Origin: Natronomonas sp.
GTDB taxonomy: Archaea; Halobacteriota; Halobacteria; Halobacteriales; Haloarculaceae
NCBI RefSeq assembly: GCF_028274965.1
Contig: NZ_JAQCNO010000071.1
Location: 69,505 to 133,504 of the forward strand
Length of the DNA: 64,000 nucleotides
Direction of reading: 5' to 3'
In this document: one piece after another, positions 43,461 through 52,711 of the stretch
Layout: every line of letters begins with the position of its first letter
Position numbering within the stretch: position 1 is the first letter of the stretch
Position numbers and translations under genes: made by a program
Notes under the pieces: generated by a model
Told to the model about the DNA's origin: nothing
Seen by the model: only the letters and a program-made list of their open reading frames with translations
Database searches by the model: none

Positions 43461-43541
43461 GCCCCGACACCCCGTTCCGGCGGCGGGGCCGGGCCGGGCC
43501 GATGGGAAATCCCTTTGCGAGCGGGCGACGAACCCGAGGGC

Positions 43542-43853
43542 ATGACCGCGTTCGCACTCCTGCGCGTGACGCCGATCAAGACGGGCGACATCACGGCCGA
43601 CGTCGCGGCCGCCGTCGAGGCCTTAGAGGGGTTCGACGTCGAGTACGAGACGACCCCGATGGCGACGACGCTCGAGGCCGAGGACGTCTCGGAACTGTTC
43701 GCCGCGTGTGCGGCCGCCCACGAGGCGGTCGATGCCGCCGAGGTCCACACCCTCCTCCAGGTCGACGACAAAGAGGGGTCGATGACGGCCGACGACAAGG
43801 TCGATGCAGTCGAGACCGAACTCGGCCGCGAGGCGCGAAGCGACGGCGGGTGA
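43542..43853 (+). CDS. MTH1187/YkoF-family (DUF77) thiamine-binding-type protein
   Basis: ATG at 43542 begins MTAFALLRVTPIKTGDITADVAAAVEALEGFDVEYETTPMATTLEAED.., the typical single ACT-like repeat of this family. Confidence 0.65.
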   Translation: MTAFALLRVTPIKTGDITADVAAAVEALEGFDVEYETTPMATTLEAEDVSELFAACAAAHEAVDAAEVHTLLQVDDKEGSMTADDKVDAVETELGREARSDGG

Positions 43854-43889
43854 GCCCCACCGGGGACGACGGGGGCGCTCGGGGCCGTC

Positions 43890-45029
43890 TCACCGGCTGC
43901 CGACGACCTCTCGCTCCCAGTCACTGATCCATCCCTCGAGGTTGCCCTCGAGTCGGTCGTACCCGAAGAAGACGATCTCGTCGGGCTCTTGGGCGAACTC
44001 GCGGTAGACCTCCGGGGGCGTCGCCTCGGTGTTGACCGGGCCCGTGACGTTGAGTTCGGCGATCTTCGCTTGGACCTCGGGTTCGAGGACGAACTCCATG
44101 AACCGGGCGGCGAGTTCGTCGTCGGTGCCCTGCGCGAAGCGGGCCATCGCGTTGAGGTTGGCGTAGCCCTGGTCGTTCAGGAAGCCGACGCGGTGTTTCT
44201 CGAGGTCGTTGCCGAACCGACTCGCGAACACGCGGTCGTTCGAGTACGAGACGATGACCGGGATCTCGTCGTCCTGAAACCGGCCGTAGAGGGTGTTCCA
44301 GGAGTCCACGATCCGGACGTCGTTTTCGAGGAGGTCGTTCCAGTAGTCGAGGTAGTCGTACTCGCCGCCGGTGCCGAACTCGTGGATCGTCCACAGGAGG
44401 AAGTACAGCCCGGTGTTGCTGCCCTCGGCCGGGTTCGAGACCCCGAAGTTGCCGCTGAAGCGGTCCTCGAGCAGCGCCTCGAACGTTCCGGGGCTCTCGA
44501 AGCGCCGCCCGTCGTAGACGAGGCTGGCGTAACTGGAGTACGCCGGGACCATCCGCTCTCGGGGGTCGAAAAAGAACTGCTCGCCGATGTTCTGGCCGTG
44601 TTCGAGCGCGGCGACGTCGACCGGCTGGAACAGTTCGCCGTCGGTGTTCTGGTCGATCCGGACGAGTTCGTTCGGCTTGACCCCCATGTACACCTCCGCG
44701 TCGATGTCGACCCCGGCGTTGTGCCGTTCGATGAAGTGGTTGATCGGCTGCTCCGGGACGACCCACTCGAAGTCGACGTCGTGGCGCGCTTCGAACTCGG
44801 TCTTGATCCACTCGCCGGGGCTGTCGCTCGGGGCGTCGACGAAGGAGTCGTACGTCGCGACCGAGAGCGAACCGGAGCCGCCGCTCGCAGAGCCGGTCGT
44901 CGTTCCTCCGGTGTCGCCGTCCCCGCCGTCGCCGTTGCCGTTACCCTCGCCGGTGCGTTCGGCGGTGCACCCGGCGAAGCCGACTGTCGCCGCCGAGCCG
45001 CCGACGACGAGGAGATCGCGTCGTTTCAT
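43890..45029 (-). CDS. ABC transporter substrate-binding lipoprotein (ThiB-like thiamine/Fe3+ family)
   Basis: Start is ATG at 45029 (MKRRDLLVVGGSAATVGFAGC, Tat plus lipobox). A Gly/Asp/Thr-rich linker precedes SVATYDSFVD..GEWIKTEFE, which resembles ThiB. Confidence 0.7.
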   Translation of the reverse strand: MKRRDLLVVGGSAATVGFAGCTAERTGEGNGNGDGGDGDTGGTTTGSASGGSGSLSVATYDSFVDAPSDSPGEWIKTEFEARHDVDFEWVVPEQPINHFIERHNAGVDIDAEVYMGVKPNELVRIDQNTDGELFQPVDVAALEHGQNIGEQFFFDPRERMVPAYSSYASLVYDGRRFESPGTFEALLEDRFSGNFGVSNPAEGSNTGLYFLLWTIHEFGTGGEYDYLDYWNDLLENDVRIVDSWNTLYGRFQDDEIPVIVSYSNDRVFASRFGNDLEKHRVGFLNDQGYANLNAMARFAQGTDDELAARFMEFVLEPEVQAKIAELNVTGPVNTEATPPEVYREFAQEPDEIVFFGYDRLEGNLEGWISDWEREVVGSR

Positions 45030-45130
45030 TACCCGGTGGTTGCATGCAGTGGTACGTAAGGCTCCCGGTCGAGGGGTCGAACCGGGAGGAGCGGCCTGAG
45101 CCGACGCGGCCGGCGGACGGCCGCGTCCGG

Positions 45131-46870
45131 CTACTCCTCTGTCGGGAGCGCGATCGTCCCGTCGGTCGGAACGGCGGCGGTCGGATCGGCGAGATCGAGC
45201 CGTCCGGTGGCCGCGAGGGTCCGCAGCGGGTAGAACCCGGGCGGCTCCTCGAAGGCCTCGAGCAGTTCCGGGAGGACGGCGCCGTCCCACGCGAGCGGGT
45301 GAGAGCCGGGTTCGGTCCACGCCGACCGGGGGGCGAGAAACGGCGGTGCCCAGTCGCCGCCGCGCTCGGTGAACTGCCGGGCGGGCGTGTGCCGGACGAG
45401 CGAGAGGTGCCTATCGAGCGCCGAGAGCGACCGGTCGGTCACCCCGGCTCGGTCCGCCGTGACGTCGCCGGCCGAGCGGTAGTACTCGGCCGCGAGCGCC
45501 GCGTGCAGCCGCTTGTTCCGGCGCGAAGCGAGCGGGAGCCGCTCCCAGGCCCGGACGTAGGCCGGGTCCCAAAGCGGCAGCCACCACTCGAGGCCCGCGT
45601 CCTCGTAGACGCGGAGATCGCCGTTCGTGAACGTCGTCATGCGCCCGGCCCACTCCCATCGCTCGTAGGCCGCCGCCGCGGTCTCGGGGTCGGCGACGGC
45701 GTCGGAGTCCCGACAGCCGAGTGCCCCCCGCCGGATCCGCTCGCGGGCCGCCGCGGCGAAGGCGTCGTCGTCGAAGTCCCACAGGGAGTGCCGCCGCTCG
45801 AGGATGCGATCGACGAGCGCGTCGATCGTCGGATCGATCGGCTCGTCCGCCGCCTCTAGGTCGGCTCGATCCGCCCGCTCGGTCTGATCGGAGTCCACGT
45901 CGCCCGCCCCGCGGGGCGGTTCGCCGACGAACACCGGGAGGCGCTCGCTCGGCGTGGCGACGGTGTGTCCCGGGCAAAACAGCGCGTCGTCGGGCACCCG
46001 ATCGGTCGCAACGAGACGGTGGACCGCGGGCCACTCGGCGAGAAACGGCAGCGCGTCACCGCCGAAGGCCCACGTCCGGTAGCGCTCGCAGTCCGCGCCG
46101 TGGTACGCCTCGCGCCACGTCGCCGCGTCGTAGGGAACGAACTCCCAGCGGACGCCGAGGCGGGCGGCGACCTCCCGGCTCACTTCGACGTCCGGGTGCC
46201 CGGAGCGACCGAAGGTGAACGTCACGACCTCGTGTCCGCGGGCGCGGAGTCCGGCGGCCAAGAGCCGGGAGTCGTGCCCGCCCGAGAGGGGGACGACGAT
46301 CGGTCGGCCGTCGGCGACGCGCTCGAGGCGATCGAGGGCGGTCTCGAAGCCGGACCGAAGCGTTCCCAGCGGGTCCTCGGGGGGGTCGGTCCCCGCCGGC
46401 CAGTACGCCCAGTACCGGTCCCGTCGGACGCCCCCGTCGGCGAGCGCGACGACCTCGCCGGGGCGGGTCGCCGCGACGCCGGCCCAGACGGTCTCGGGGC
46501 CGGTGACGTACCGCGTGAGGAGGAACTCGCTCTCGGCGACCGGGTCGGCGTCGGCGTCGGTCGCCTCGCGGACGAGGCGGCCGCGGTCGCTGACGATCCG
46601 CCCGTCGGTCGCGTAGTACAGCGGGATCGATCTGGCGCGATCGGCGACGAGGTACGTCGCCGCGGCCGCGGGGACGACGGCGGCGAAAAAGCCCTCCAAC
46701 GCCGAGGCGAGGGCGGCGATCGACTCGGCCGGATCGGGTCCCGACGCGGCCTCGGCGAAGCGCTCGGCGAGCGCCGCCGCCGGGTAGTACGCCGCACCGT
46801 CGACGGCGGCCCCCCGAGCCGAGACGCCGCCGGCCGTCTCCCACCCGTCGGCGCGGAGCTCAGTTCGCAT
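45131..46870 (-). CDS. Asparagine synthetase-related PP-loop protein without N-terminal glutaminase nucleophile
   Basis: PP-loop PLSGGHDSRLL is present. The N-terminus is MRTELRADG, so there is no Cys2. Confidence 0.65.
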   Translation of the reverse strand: MRTELRADGWETAGGVSARGAAVDGAAYYPAAALAERFAEAASGPDPAESIAALASALEGFFAAVVPAAAATYLVADRARSIPLYYATDGRIVSDRGRLVREATDADADPVAESEFLLTRYVTGPETVWAGVAATRPGEVVALADGGVRRDRYWAYWPAGTDPPEDPLGTLRSGFETALDRLERVADGRPIVVPLSGGHDSRLLAAGLRARGHEVVTFTFGRSGHPDVEVSREVAARLGVRWEFVPYDAATWREAYHGADCERYRTWAFGGDALPFLAEWPAVHRLVATDRVPDDALFCPGHTVATPSERLPVFVGEPPRGAGDVDSDQTERADRADLEAADEPIDPTIDALVDRILERRHSLWDFDDDAFAAAARERIRRGALGCRDSDAVADPETAAAAYERWEWAGRMTTFTNGDLRVYEDAGLEWWLPLWDPAYVRAWERLPLASRRNKRLHAALAAEYYRSAGDVTADRAGVTDRSLSALDRHLSLVRHTPARQFTERGGDWAPPFLAPRSAWTEPGSHPLAWDGAVLPELLEAFEEPPGFYPLRTLAATGRLDLADPTAAVPTDGTIALPTEE

Positions 46871-46924
46871 GCGTCGGAACGCGGGAAGCGAACGACAAAC
46901 CGTTTTCCATCGGCGGGCCGGGGC

Positions 46925-48193
46925 TCACCACGCCGTTTCGAGGATCCCCCCGACGTCCTCGGCGGAGATGTGAAACTCCGGCGGCGCGTGCGGCGACCCG
47001 CTCCAGCCGACGGCGCTGTCGAGCGGATCGGCAGAGGACGGCGCCGCGTTCGGGGCGTCGTTCGCAAGCAGAAAGCTATCGGCCGTCATCGCCGCGATCC
47101 CCTCGATCATCGAGCGATCGATGCCGTCGATCTCGCCCAGTCGCGTCGGCAGGCCGAGGGCGTCCCGGAGGTCCCGCACCGCCCCGACGACAGCGTCGGC
47201 CGGGTCGGCGGCCTGTCCGACGCCGAGCGCGGACGCCAACAGCGCGCGACGGCCGTCGACGGCCCCGAAGAGCCACTCGAGGGCCGCCGGCGCGACGACG
47301 CCGTGTGCGATCCCGAGTTGGACGTCGGTGTGGATCCGGAGGGCGTGCCCGAGGGCGTGAAGCAGCGAAAACGTCGTTCCGCTGCCCCGCGAGACGCCGT
47401 ACTGTGCGAGGGTAACCCCTCGGAGCGCGGCGTCGAGGGTCTCGACGGTGGGGTCCGACCCGAGCGATCGAAGCGCCGTCGAAAGCGTCTCGAGGCCCTG
47501 CGTCGCCGTCGCGTCCGTTATCGGCGTTCGCGCGCTCGAGTACAGCGTCTCGAGGCCCTTGTTGAAGCCGTTCATCGCCGATCCGGCGAGCACGTCCCGC
47601 GGCGTCGTCGCGACCAGTTCCGGGTCGTACACGACCGAGTCGGGCATCAATCGCGGGTCGCCGACGCCGCCGCCGACGGGGGAGTCGACGAGCCCGGAGT
47701 CGGGGTCGGCGGTGACGCCGGCGAGCATCGAGAGGCTCCCGCCGGCGAGCGTCGTCGGGACCGCCGCGACCGGCACCGTCCCGTCGGGGACGGCGATCGT
47801 CGCCGTCGAGGCCAACTGCTCTCCGAGGGCCGCGGGGGACCGCTCCGAGGCGGCGACGGCGCTTGCGACCCGGGCGACGTCGATGCTGCTCGCGCCGCCG
47901 AGACCGACGAGGACGTCCGCCTCGAGTTCACGGGCCCGTTCGGCGCACGCGATCGCCGTGTCGAGGCGCTTTTTCGGGGTCGTTCGGTCGAAGACCCCGA
48001 CGAAGCGGTCACCGAGCCCCTCACGAACCGGCCCGATGACCTCCGAGCGGGACCCGACGGTCCGGCCGCAGACGACGAGGGCGCGCCCGAGGCCGAGCGC
48101 GCCGAGTTCGCCGCCGAGGTTGTCGACGCAGCCGACGCCGTGGCGGATCGCGGGGGGGTCGTACGCGAACCGGTAGCCTCCGGTCGTGTCCAT
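46925..48193 (-). CDS. Iron-containing (group III) alcohol dehydrogenase family protein
   Basis: N-terminal Rossmann-like region reads ALVVCGRTVG..VGLGGASSIDVA. A His-rich metal site (LLHALGHALRIH) is present. Confidence 0.7.
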   Translation of the reverse strand: MDTTGGYRFAYDPPAIRHGVGCVDNLGGELGALGLGRALVVCGRTVGSRSEVIGPVREGLGDRFVGVFDRTTPKKRLDTAIACAERARELEADVLVGLGGASSIDVARVASAVAASERSPAALGEQLASTATIAVPDGTVPVAAVPTTLAGGSLSMLAGVTADPDSGLVDSPVGGGVGDPRLMPDSVVYDPELVATTPRDVLAGSAMNGFNKGLETLYSSARTPITDATATQGLETLSTALRSLGSDPTVETLDAALRGVTLAQYGVSRGSGTTFSLLHALGHALRIHTDVQLGIAHGVVAPAALEWLFGAVDGRRALLASALGVGQAADPADAVVGAVRDLRDALGLPTRLGEIDGIDRSMIEGIAAMTADSFLLANDAPNAAPSSADPLDSAVGWSGSPHAPPEFHISAEDVGGILETAW

Positions 48194-48348
48194 GGTCGTA
48201 CTCGCGGGCAGACTTACATAGGTGTACGGGACGAGGCGGCGGCCCGACCGGTAATCGACATCAGACGCGCCCGAACGCCCGGAGATCCGGCGGCCAGGGG
48301 CGTCCGACCCGACAAAGGGTTTTGCCCCCGGGAGATGAACCTCGGGCC

Positions 48349-49353
48349 ATGTCCTCGCTCCGCCGACGGCGCCGCGTGCTCGCCGGGCTGTTGATCGCCG
48401 CGGGCGTCCTCGCCGCCGCCGTCCTCTGGAACGTCGTCGAGACGGTCTTTTTTGCGGTCACGGTCGCGTACGTGCTGTATCCGGTCCGCCAGCGGCTCGT
48501 CGGACGGGGGGTCCCGCGCCGCCTCGCGAGCGGGCTCGCCACGACCGCCGCGTTGGTGGCCGTCGTCGTCTTGGTGGCCCCGATCGCGCTGACGCTGTTT
48601 CGGCGCCGGGAGGCGATCGTCGCGTTCCTCAACGGCCTCCCGGAGGAGATCCCGCTGGAGCTGTTCGGGTTCGTCGTGCCGATCGACATCGGGTCGCTCA
48701 CCGAGGCGGCGGCCGCGCTGTTGCGCTCGCTCGCGATCTCCGTCGCCGCCGACGCGATCTTCATTGTGCTTCAGCTCACGCTTTTCGTGCTCGTGTTGTA
48801 CGGGCTGTTGTTGCGCCCGCGGGCGATCGGACACGCGACGTTCAGGATCGTGCCCCCGGAGTACCACGACATCATCGAGGCCCTCCAGCGCCGCATCACC
48901 GGGACGCTCTACGCGCTGTACGTCATCCAGGCCGCGACGGCCGTCGTCACGTTTCCGATCGCGCTCGCCGTGTTCTATGTCCTCGGCTACCCGGACGTCG
49001 TCGAACTCGCGGTCGTGGCCTCGCTCCTCCAGTTCTTCCCGATCGCCGGCCCCGGCATGCTCGCCGTCGGGTTGGCCGGGTACGACGTCCTGATCGGCCT
49101 GCCGCAGCGGGCCGCCGGGGTGATCGTTCTCGGGCCGCTCGTGATCGGGCTGCTTCCCGACGTGCTCGTCCGGCCGCAGTTGGCGTCGAGTCGCGCACAC
49201 CTCCCGGCCAGCCTGTATTTCGTCGGCTTCGTCGGCGGCGTCCTCACCGTGGGCGTCATCGGTATCATCGCCGGGCCGCTCGTCGTCGCCGTGCTCGTCG
49301 AGGTCGTCGATCTCCTCAGCGAGCGAACGTCGATGCAGGCCCGGATCGGCTAA
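48349..49353 (+). CDS. AI-2E (PerM/YhhT) family transporter
   Basis: Polytopic membrane protein with family-typical length and topology. I favour ATG 48349; the track gives TTG 48322. Confidence 0.65.
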   Translation: MSSLRRRRRVLAGLLIAAGVLAAAVLWNVVETVFFAVTVAYVLYPVRQRLVGRGVPRRLASGLATTAALVAVVVLVAPIALTLFRRREAIVAFLNGLPEEIPLELFGFVVPIDIGSLTEAAAALLRSLAISVAADAIFIVLQLTLFVLVLYGLLLRPRAIGHATFRIVPPEYHDIIEALQRRITGTLYALYVIQAATAVVTFPIALAVFYVLGYPDVVELAVVASLLQFFPIAGPGMLAVGLAGYDVLIGLPQRAAGVIVLGPLVIGLLPDVLVRPQLASSRAHLPASLYFVGFVGGVLTVGVIGIIAGPLVVAVLVEVVDLLSERTSMQARIG

Positions 49354-50216
49354 CGCTCCATCTCGCGTTCGATCTCCCGGAGCTTCTCGATGCGGCTGTC
49401 CGTCGGGGGGTGCGTCGAGGCGAGCTTCCCGATGAACCCCCGGGAGATGGGGATGATGAAGAAGGCGTTCATCTCGGCTTGCTCTCTGAGGTCCTCGTCG
49501 GGGACGTTCTCCATGCGGCCGGAGATCTTCATCAGCGCCGTCGCGAGCGCCGAGGGGTTGCCGGTGATCGATGCCGCCCCGCGGTCGGCGGCGTACTCGC
49601 GGTACCGGCTGAGCGCGCGGATGAGGAGAAACGAGATCACCCACACGAGCAGCGAGACGAGGATGGCGACGATGAGCGGCGTCTGGTTGCGGCCGCGGCC
49701 GCCGAAGAGCCAGCCCCACCGGACGATGAAGAAGGCGATCGTCGAGAGGAACGAGGCGATCGTCATCACGGCCACGTCGCGGTTCTTCACGTGGGCGAGT
49801 TCGTGGGCCAACACCCCCTCGAGTTCGTCGTCGTCGAGCGTCCGGAGGAGTCCGGTGGTCACACAGACGACCGCGTTCGACGGCGACCGGCCGGCCGCGA
49901 AGGCGTTCGGCGTGTTGCTGTCGGCGACGGCGACCGTGGGCTTTGGGAGATCGGCCTGCTGGGAGAGCCGACCGATCCGGGCGTGTAGGTCCGGGCGCTC
50001 GGCCTCGGAGACGGTCTGTGCCCCCATCGAGCGCAGCGCGAGTTTGTCGCTGAAGAAGTACTGGACGATCGAGAAGCCCCCGAGGAGGACCGCCGCGAAC
50101 AGGATGTTCCCGAAGTACAGCGTCAACACGGCGACGAAGACGAGGTACAGCGCAAAGAGGAGAAACATCGTAAACCCCATGCGGGCACGGAGCCCCCAGT
50201 CGGTTTTCCACTCCAT
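49350..50216 (-). CDS. htpX: M48-family zinc metalloprotease HtpX
   Basis: HELAHVKNRD zinc motif and four TM segments. Ends ASTHPPTDSRIEKL. Confidence 0.85.
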   Translation of the reverse strand: MEWKTDWGLRARMGFTMFLLFALYLVFVAVLTLYFGNILFAAVLLGGFSIVQYFFSDKLALRSMGAQTVSEAERPDLHARIGRLSQQADLPKPTVAVADSNTPNAFAAGRSPSNAVVCVTTGLLRTLDDDELEGVLAHELAHVKNRDVAVMTIASFLSTIAFFIVRWGWLFGGRGRNQTPLIVAILVSLLVWVISFLLIRALSRYREYAADRGAASITGNPSALATALMKISGRMENVPDEDLREQAEMNAFFIIPISRGFIGKLASTHPPTDSRIEKLREIEREMER

Positions 50217-50350
50217 ACGAACGCTTTGCGTCCGACAAATAAAAACCTACGAATCGCGGTCGGCGCCCGCCGGCGGGAGTCCAGGCGGCGGCGCTTGTTC
50301 TCGCTCCGCGGACCAGAATCTTCTTTGTGCGTCTCATCGGACGTTCGAGC

Positions 50351-51145
50351 ATGGTTCCGATCGACGACGCGCCGCTGTGTCGGGACGGGAAGGTACTCAT
50401 CCTCGCGTACGACCACGGTCTCGAACACGGCCCCGTCGACTTCGAGGGCGTCCCCGAGAGCGCCGACCCCGAGCGGACGTTCGAGGCGGCGACCCACCCC
50501 GCCGTGACGTCGGTCGCCGTCCAGAAGGGGATCGCCGAGGCGTACTACCCGAGCTACGAGGACGACGTCGACCTGCTCGCGAAGCTCAACGGGACGTCGA
50601 ACCTCTGGATGGGCGAGCCGGACTCGGCGGTCAACTGCTCGGTCGAGTACGCGGCCGAACTCGGGGCGTCCTCTGTCGGGTTTACGCTGTACGGCGGCTC
50701 GAACAACGAGATCGAGATGGCCGAGGAGTTCAGAGAGGTACAGGAGGCCGCCCGCGAACACGACCTCCCGGTCGTGATGTGGTCGTACCCGCGGGGCCAG
50801 GGGCTGAAAAACGACACCGATCCCTCGACGATCGCCTACGCGGCGCGACTCGCCTTGGAGTTGGGCGCCGACGTGGCGAAGGTCAAGTACCCGGGCAGCC
50901 GGTCGGCGATGGAGGAGTCCGTCCGGATGGCGGGGCCGACGAAGGTCGTCATGTCCGGCGGGTCGAAAACGAGCGACCGGGCCTTTCTCGAGAGCGTCAA
51001 ACGGACGATCGACGCCGGCGGCAAAGGCCTCGCCGTCGGGCGGAACGTCTGGCAGCGCGAGAACCCCGAGCGGATACTCGACGCGCTTGAGGCGGTCATC
51101 TTCGAGGCGGCGACCGTCGACGAGGCGCTCGCCGCGGCCGAGTAG
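50351..51145 (+). CDS. fba: Class I fructose-bisphosphate aldolase (DhnA/archaeal type)
   Basis: Begins ILAYDHGLEHGP. Schiff-base lysine context is ADVAKVKYPG. It is followed immediately by fbp. Confidence 0.75.
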   Translation: MVPIDDAPLCRDGKVLILAYDHGLEHGPVDFEGVPESADPERTFEAATHPAVTSVAVQKGIAEAYYPSYEDDVDLLAKLNGTSNLWMGEPDSAVNCSVEYAAELGASSVGFTLYGGSNNEIEMAEEFREVQEAAREHDLPVVMWSYPRGQGLKNDTDPSTIAYAARLALELGADVAKVKYPGSRSAMEESVRMAGPTKVVMSGGSKTSDRAFLESVKRTIDAGGKGLAVGRNVWQRENPERILDALEAVIFEAATVDEALAAAE

Positions 51146-52006
51146 ATGTCCGGACCCCTCGACGACATCGTCGCGACGATCGCCGAGACCGCCCCCGACG
51201 TGCGGGGTGGACTCGCCGGGCGTCGGGTCTACGAGTCGGGCGCGAACCCCTCCGGGGAGACGCAACTCGCGGCCGACGTGTACGCCGACGAACTGCTGGC
51301 CGAGCGCCTCCTCGGCGTCGAGGGCGTTTCGGCGTACGCGAGCGAGGAACGCGGGTCCGTCCGCCACAGCGACGGTAACGGCGACGGAGCGTACCGCGTC
51401 GCGGTCGATCCGCTCGACGGCTCCTCGAATCTCAGATCGAACAACGCGATGGGGACGCTTTTCGCCGTCTACGACGAGCCCCTCCCGGCGCCCGGGGCGG
51501 CGGTCGTCGCGAGCGGGTTCGTCCTCTACGGTCCGATCACGACGATGGTCGTCGCCCGCGACGGGACCGTCACCGAAAGCGTCGTCGAGGACGACGGGAC
51601 GCGCCGGGTCGTCGATCCGGACCTGACGCTTCCCGACGAGCCGACGGTGTACGGCTTCGGGGGCCGGGTCCCGCAGTGGAGCAACGCCTTCGCCGCGTAC
51701 GTCGAGGCGGTCGAGTCCGAACTCAAACTGCGGTACGGCGGCGCGATGATCGCGGACGTAAACCAGGTGTTGACCCACGGCGGGGTGTTCGGATACCCCG
51801 GTCTCGCGGACCGACCCGAGGGGAAACTCCGGCTCTGCTTCGAGGGCCACCCGATCGCACACGTCGTCGAGTCGGCCGGCGGCGCCTCCTCGAACGGCGA
51901 TCGGTCGCTGCTCGCGTGCACGCCGGGGGGCCTACACGACCGAACCCCGCTTTTCGTCGGCGACGAACGGTACATCGAGCGGTTGGAGGCGGCGCTGTCG
52001 GGGTGA
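51146..52006 (+). CDS. fbp: Class 1 fructose-1,6-bisphosphatase
   Basis: The ATG abuts the fba stop. ETQLAADVYADE, VDPLDGSSN and KLRYGGAMIADV motifs are present. Confidence 0.8.
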   Translation: MSGPLDDIVATIAETAPDVRGGLAGRRVYESGANPSGETQLAADVYADELLAERLLGVEGVSAYASEERGSVRHSDGNGDGAYRVAVDPLDGSSNLRSNNAMGTLFAVYDEPLPAPGAAVVASGFVLYGPITTMVVARDGTVTESVVEDDGTRRVVDPDLTLPDEPTVYGFGGRVPQWSNAFAAYVEAVESELKLRYGGAMIADVNQVLTHGGVFGYPGLADRPEGKLRLCFEGHPIAHVVESAGGASSNGDRSLLACTPGGLHDRTPLFVGDERYIERLEAALSG

Positions 52007-52105
52007 TCTGAGTCGGCTCGGGTTCGGAGGGGCGACGACGGCTCCGAGTCCGACGACCGGGGGCTCGGCCGCCAGACCCATGCCGCCGGAGAGCCCAGCG
52101 AACGC

Positions 52106-52633
52106 ATGATCCACAACGGGCAGACGGCCCCGGATTTCGCGCTGCCGGGCGTCGAGGGGGAGACGCCGGCGGTCTACGAGCTGTTCCGTCCGGTGGAGGC
52201 GGGCGACGCGGTGGTGCTCTGGTTCGTGCCGGCGACGTTTCTCCCGGTGCCGACGGCGGAGCTGCGGGCGATCGAGGCGGCCGGGTGGCACGGCGTGGAC
52301 GGGCTCCGGGTGTGGGCGCTCTCGGCGGACAGCATCTACGCGGCGGCGGCCTACGCCGATCGCCACGGGTTTTCGATGCCGTTTCTCGGCGACGCGGGCG
52401 GGGCGGCGGAGACCTACGGCGTCGCCTACGAGGAGTTCGAGGGTCACTACGGCGCGCCCAAGCGGGCGGTCTTCCTCGTGGATCCCGACTGGACGGTCGG
52501 GTTCAGGTGGGCGACCGACGACGCCTTCGCGGCGTCCGATCCCTCGCCGGTCGCAGCGGTGACAGAGGAGATAACAGGACGGTTTCCCGAGGCGGAGCGG
52601 CCCCCGAGCGTCGAGTACGGGGCCGAGCGGTAG
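52106..52633 (+). CDS. Peroxiredoxin-fold (AhpC/TSA) protein with no cysteine
   Basis: Reads FVPATFLPVPTAEL where peroxiredoxins have F.P..FTPVCTTEL. The 175-aa sequence contains no Cys. Confidence 0.65.
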   Translation: MIHNGQTAPDFALPGVEGETPAVYELFRPVEAGDAVVLWFVPATFLPVPTAELRAIEAAGWHGVDGLRVWALSADSIYAAAAYADRHGFSMPFLGDAGGAAETYGVAYEEFEGHYGAPKRAVFLVDPDWTVGFRWATDDAFAASDPSPVAAVTEEITGRFPEAERPPSVEYGAER

Positions 52634-52711
52634 CCGCTCGCTCGATCGAGATCGGAGGGGCGGAAGCGGAAACGGGACAGCGTTATGCGAGCGCCGGGTG
52701 TACGGCGGGGC

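Noticed and set aside
43461-43541. TPP riboswitch upstream of the thiamine-type transporter genes; I also checked 45030-45130
   Set aside because: The conserved CUGAGA / ACCUGAUCUGGAUAAUGCCAGCG core is absent on both strands.
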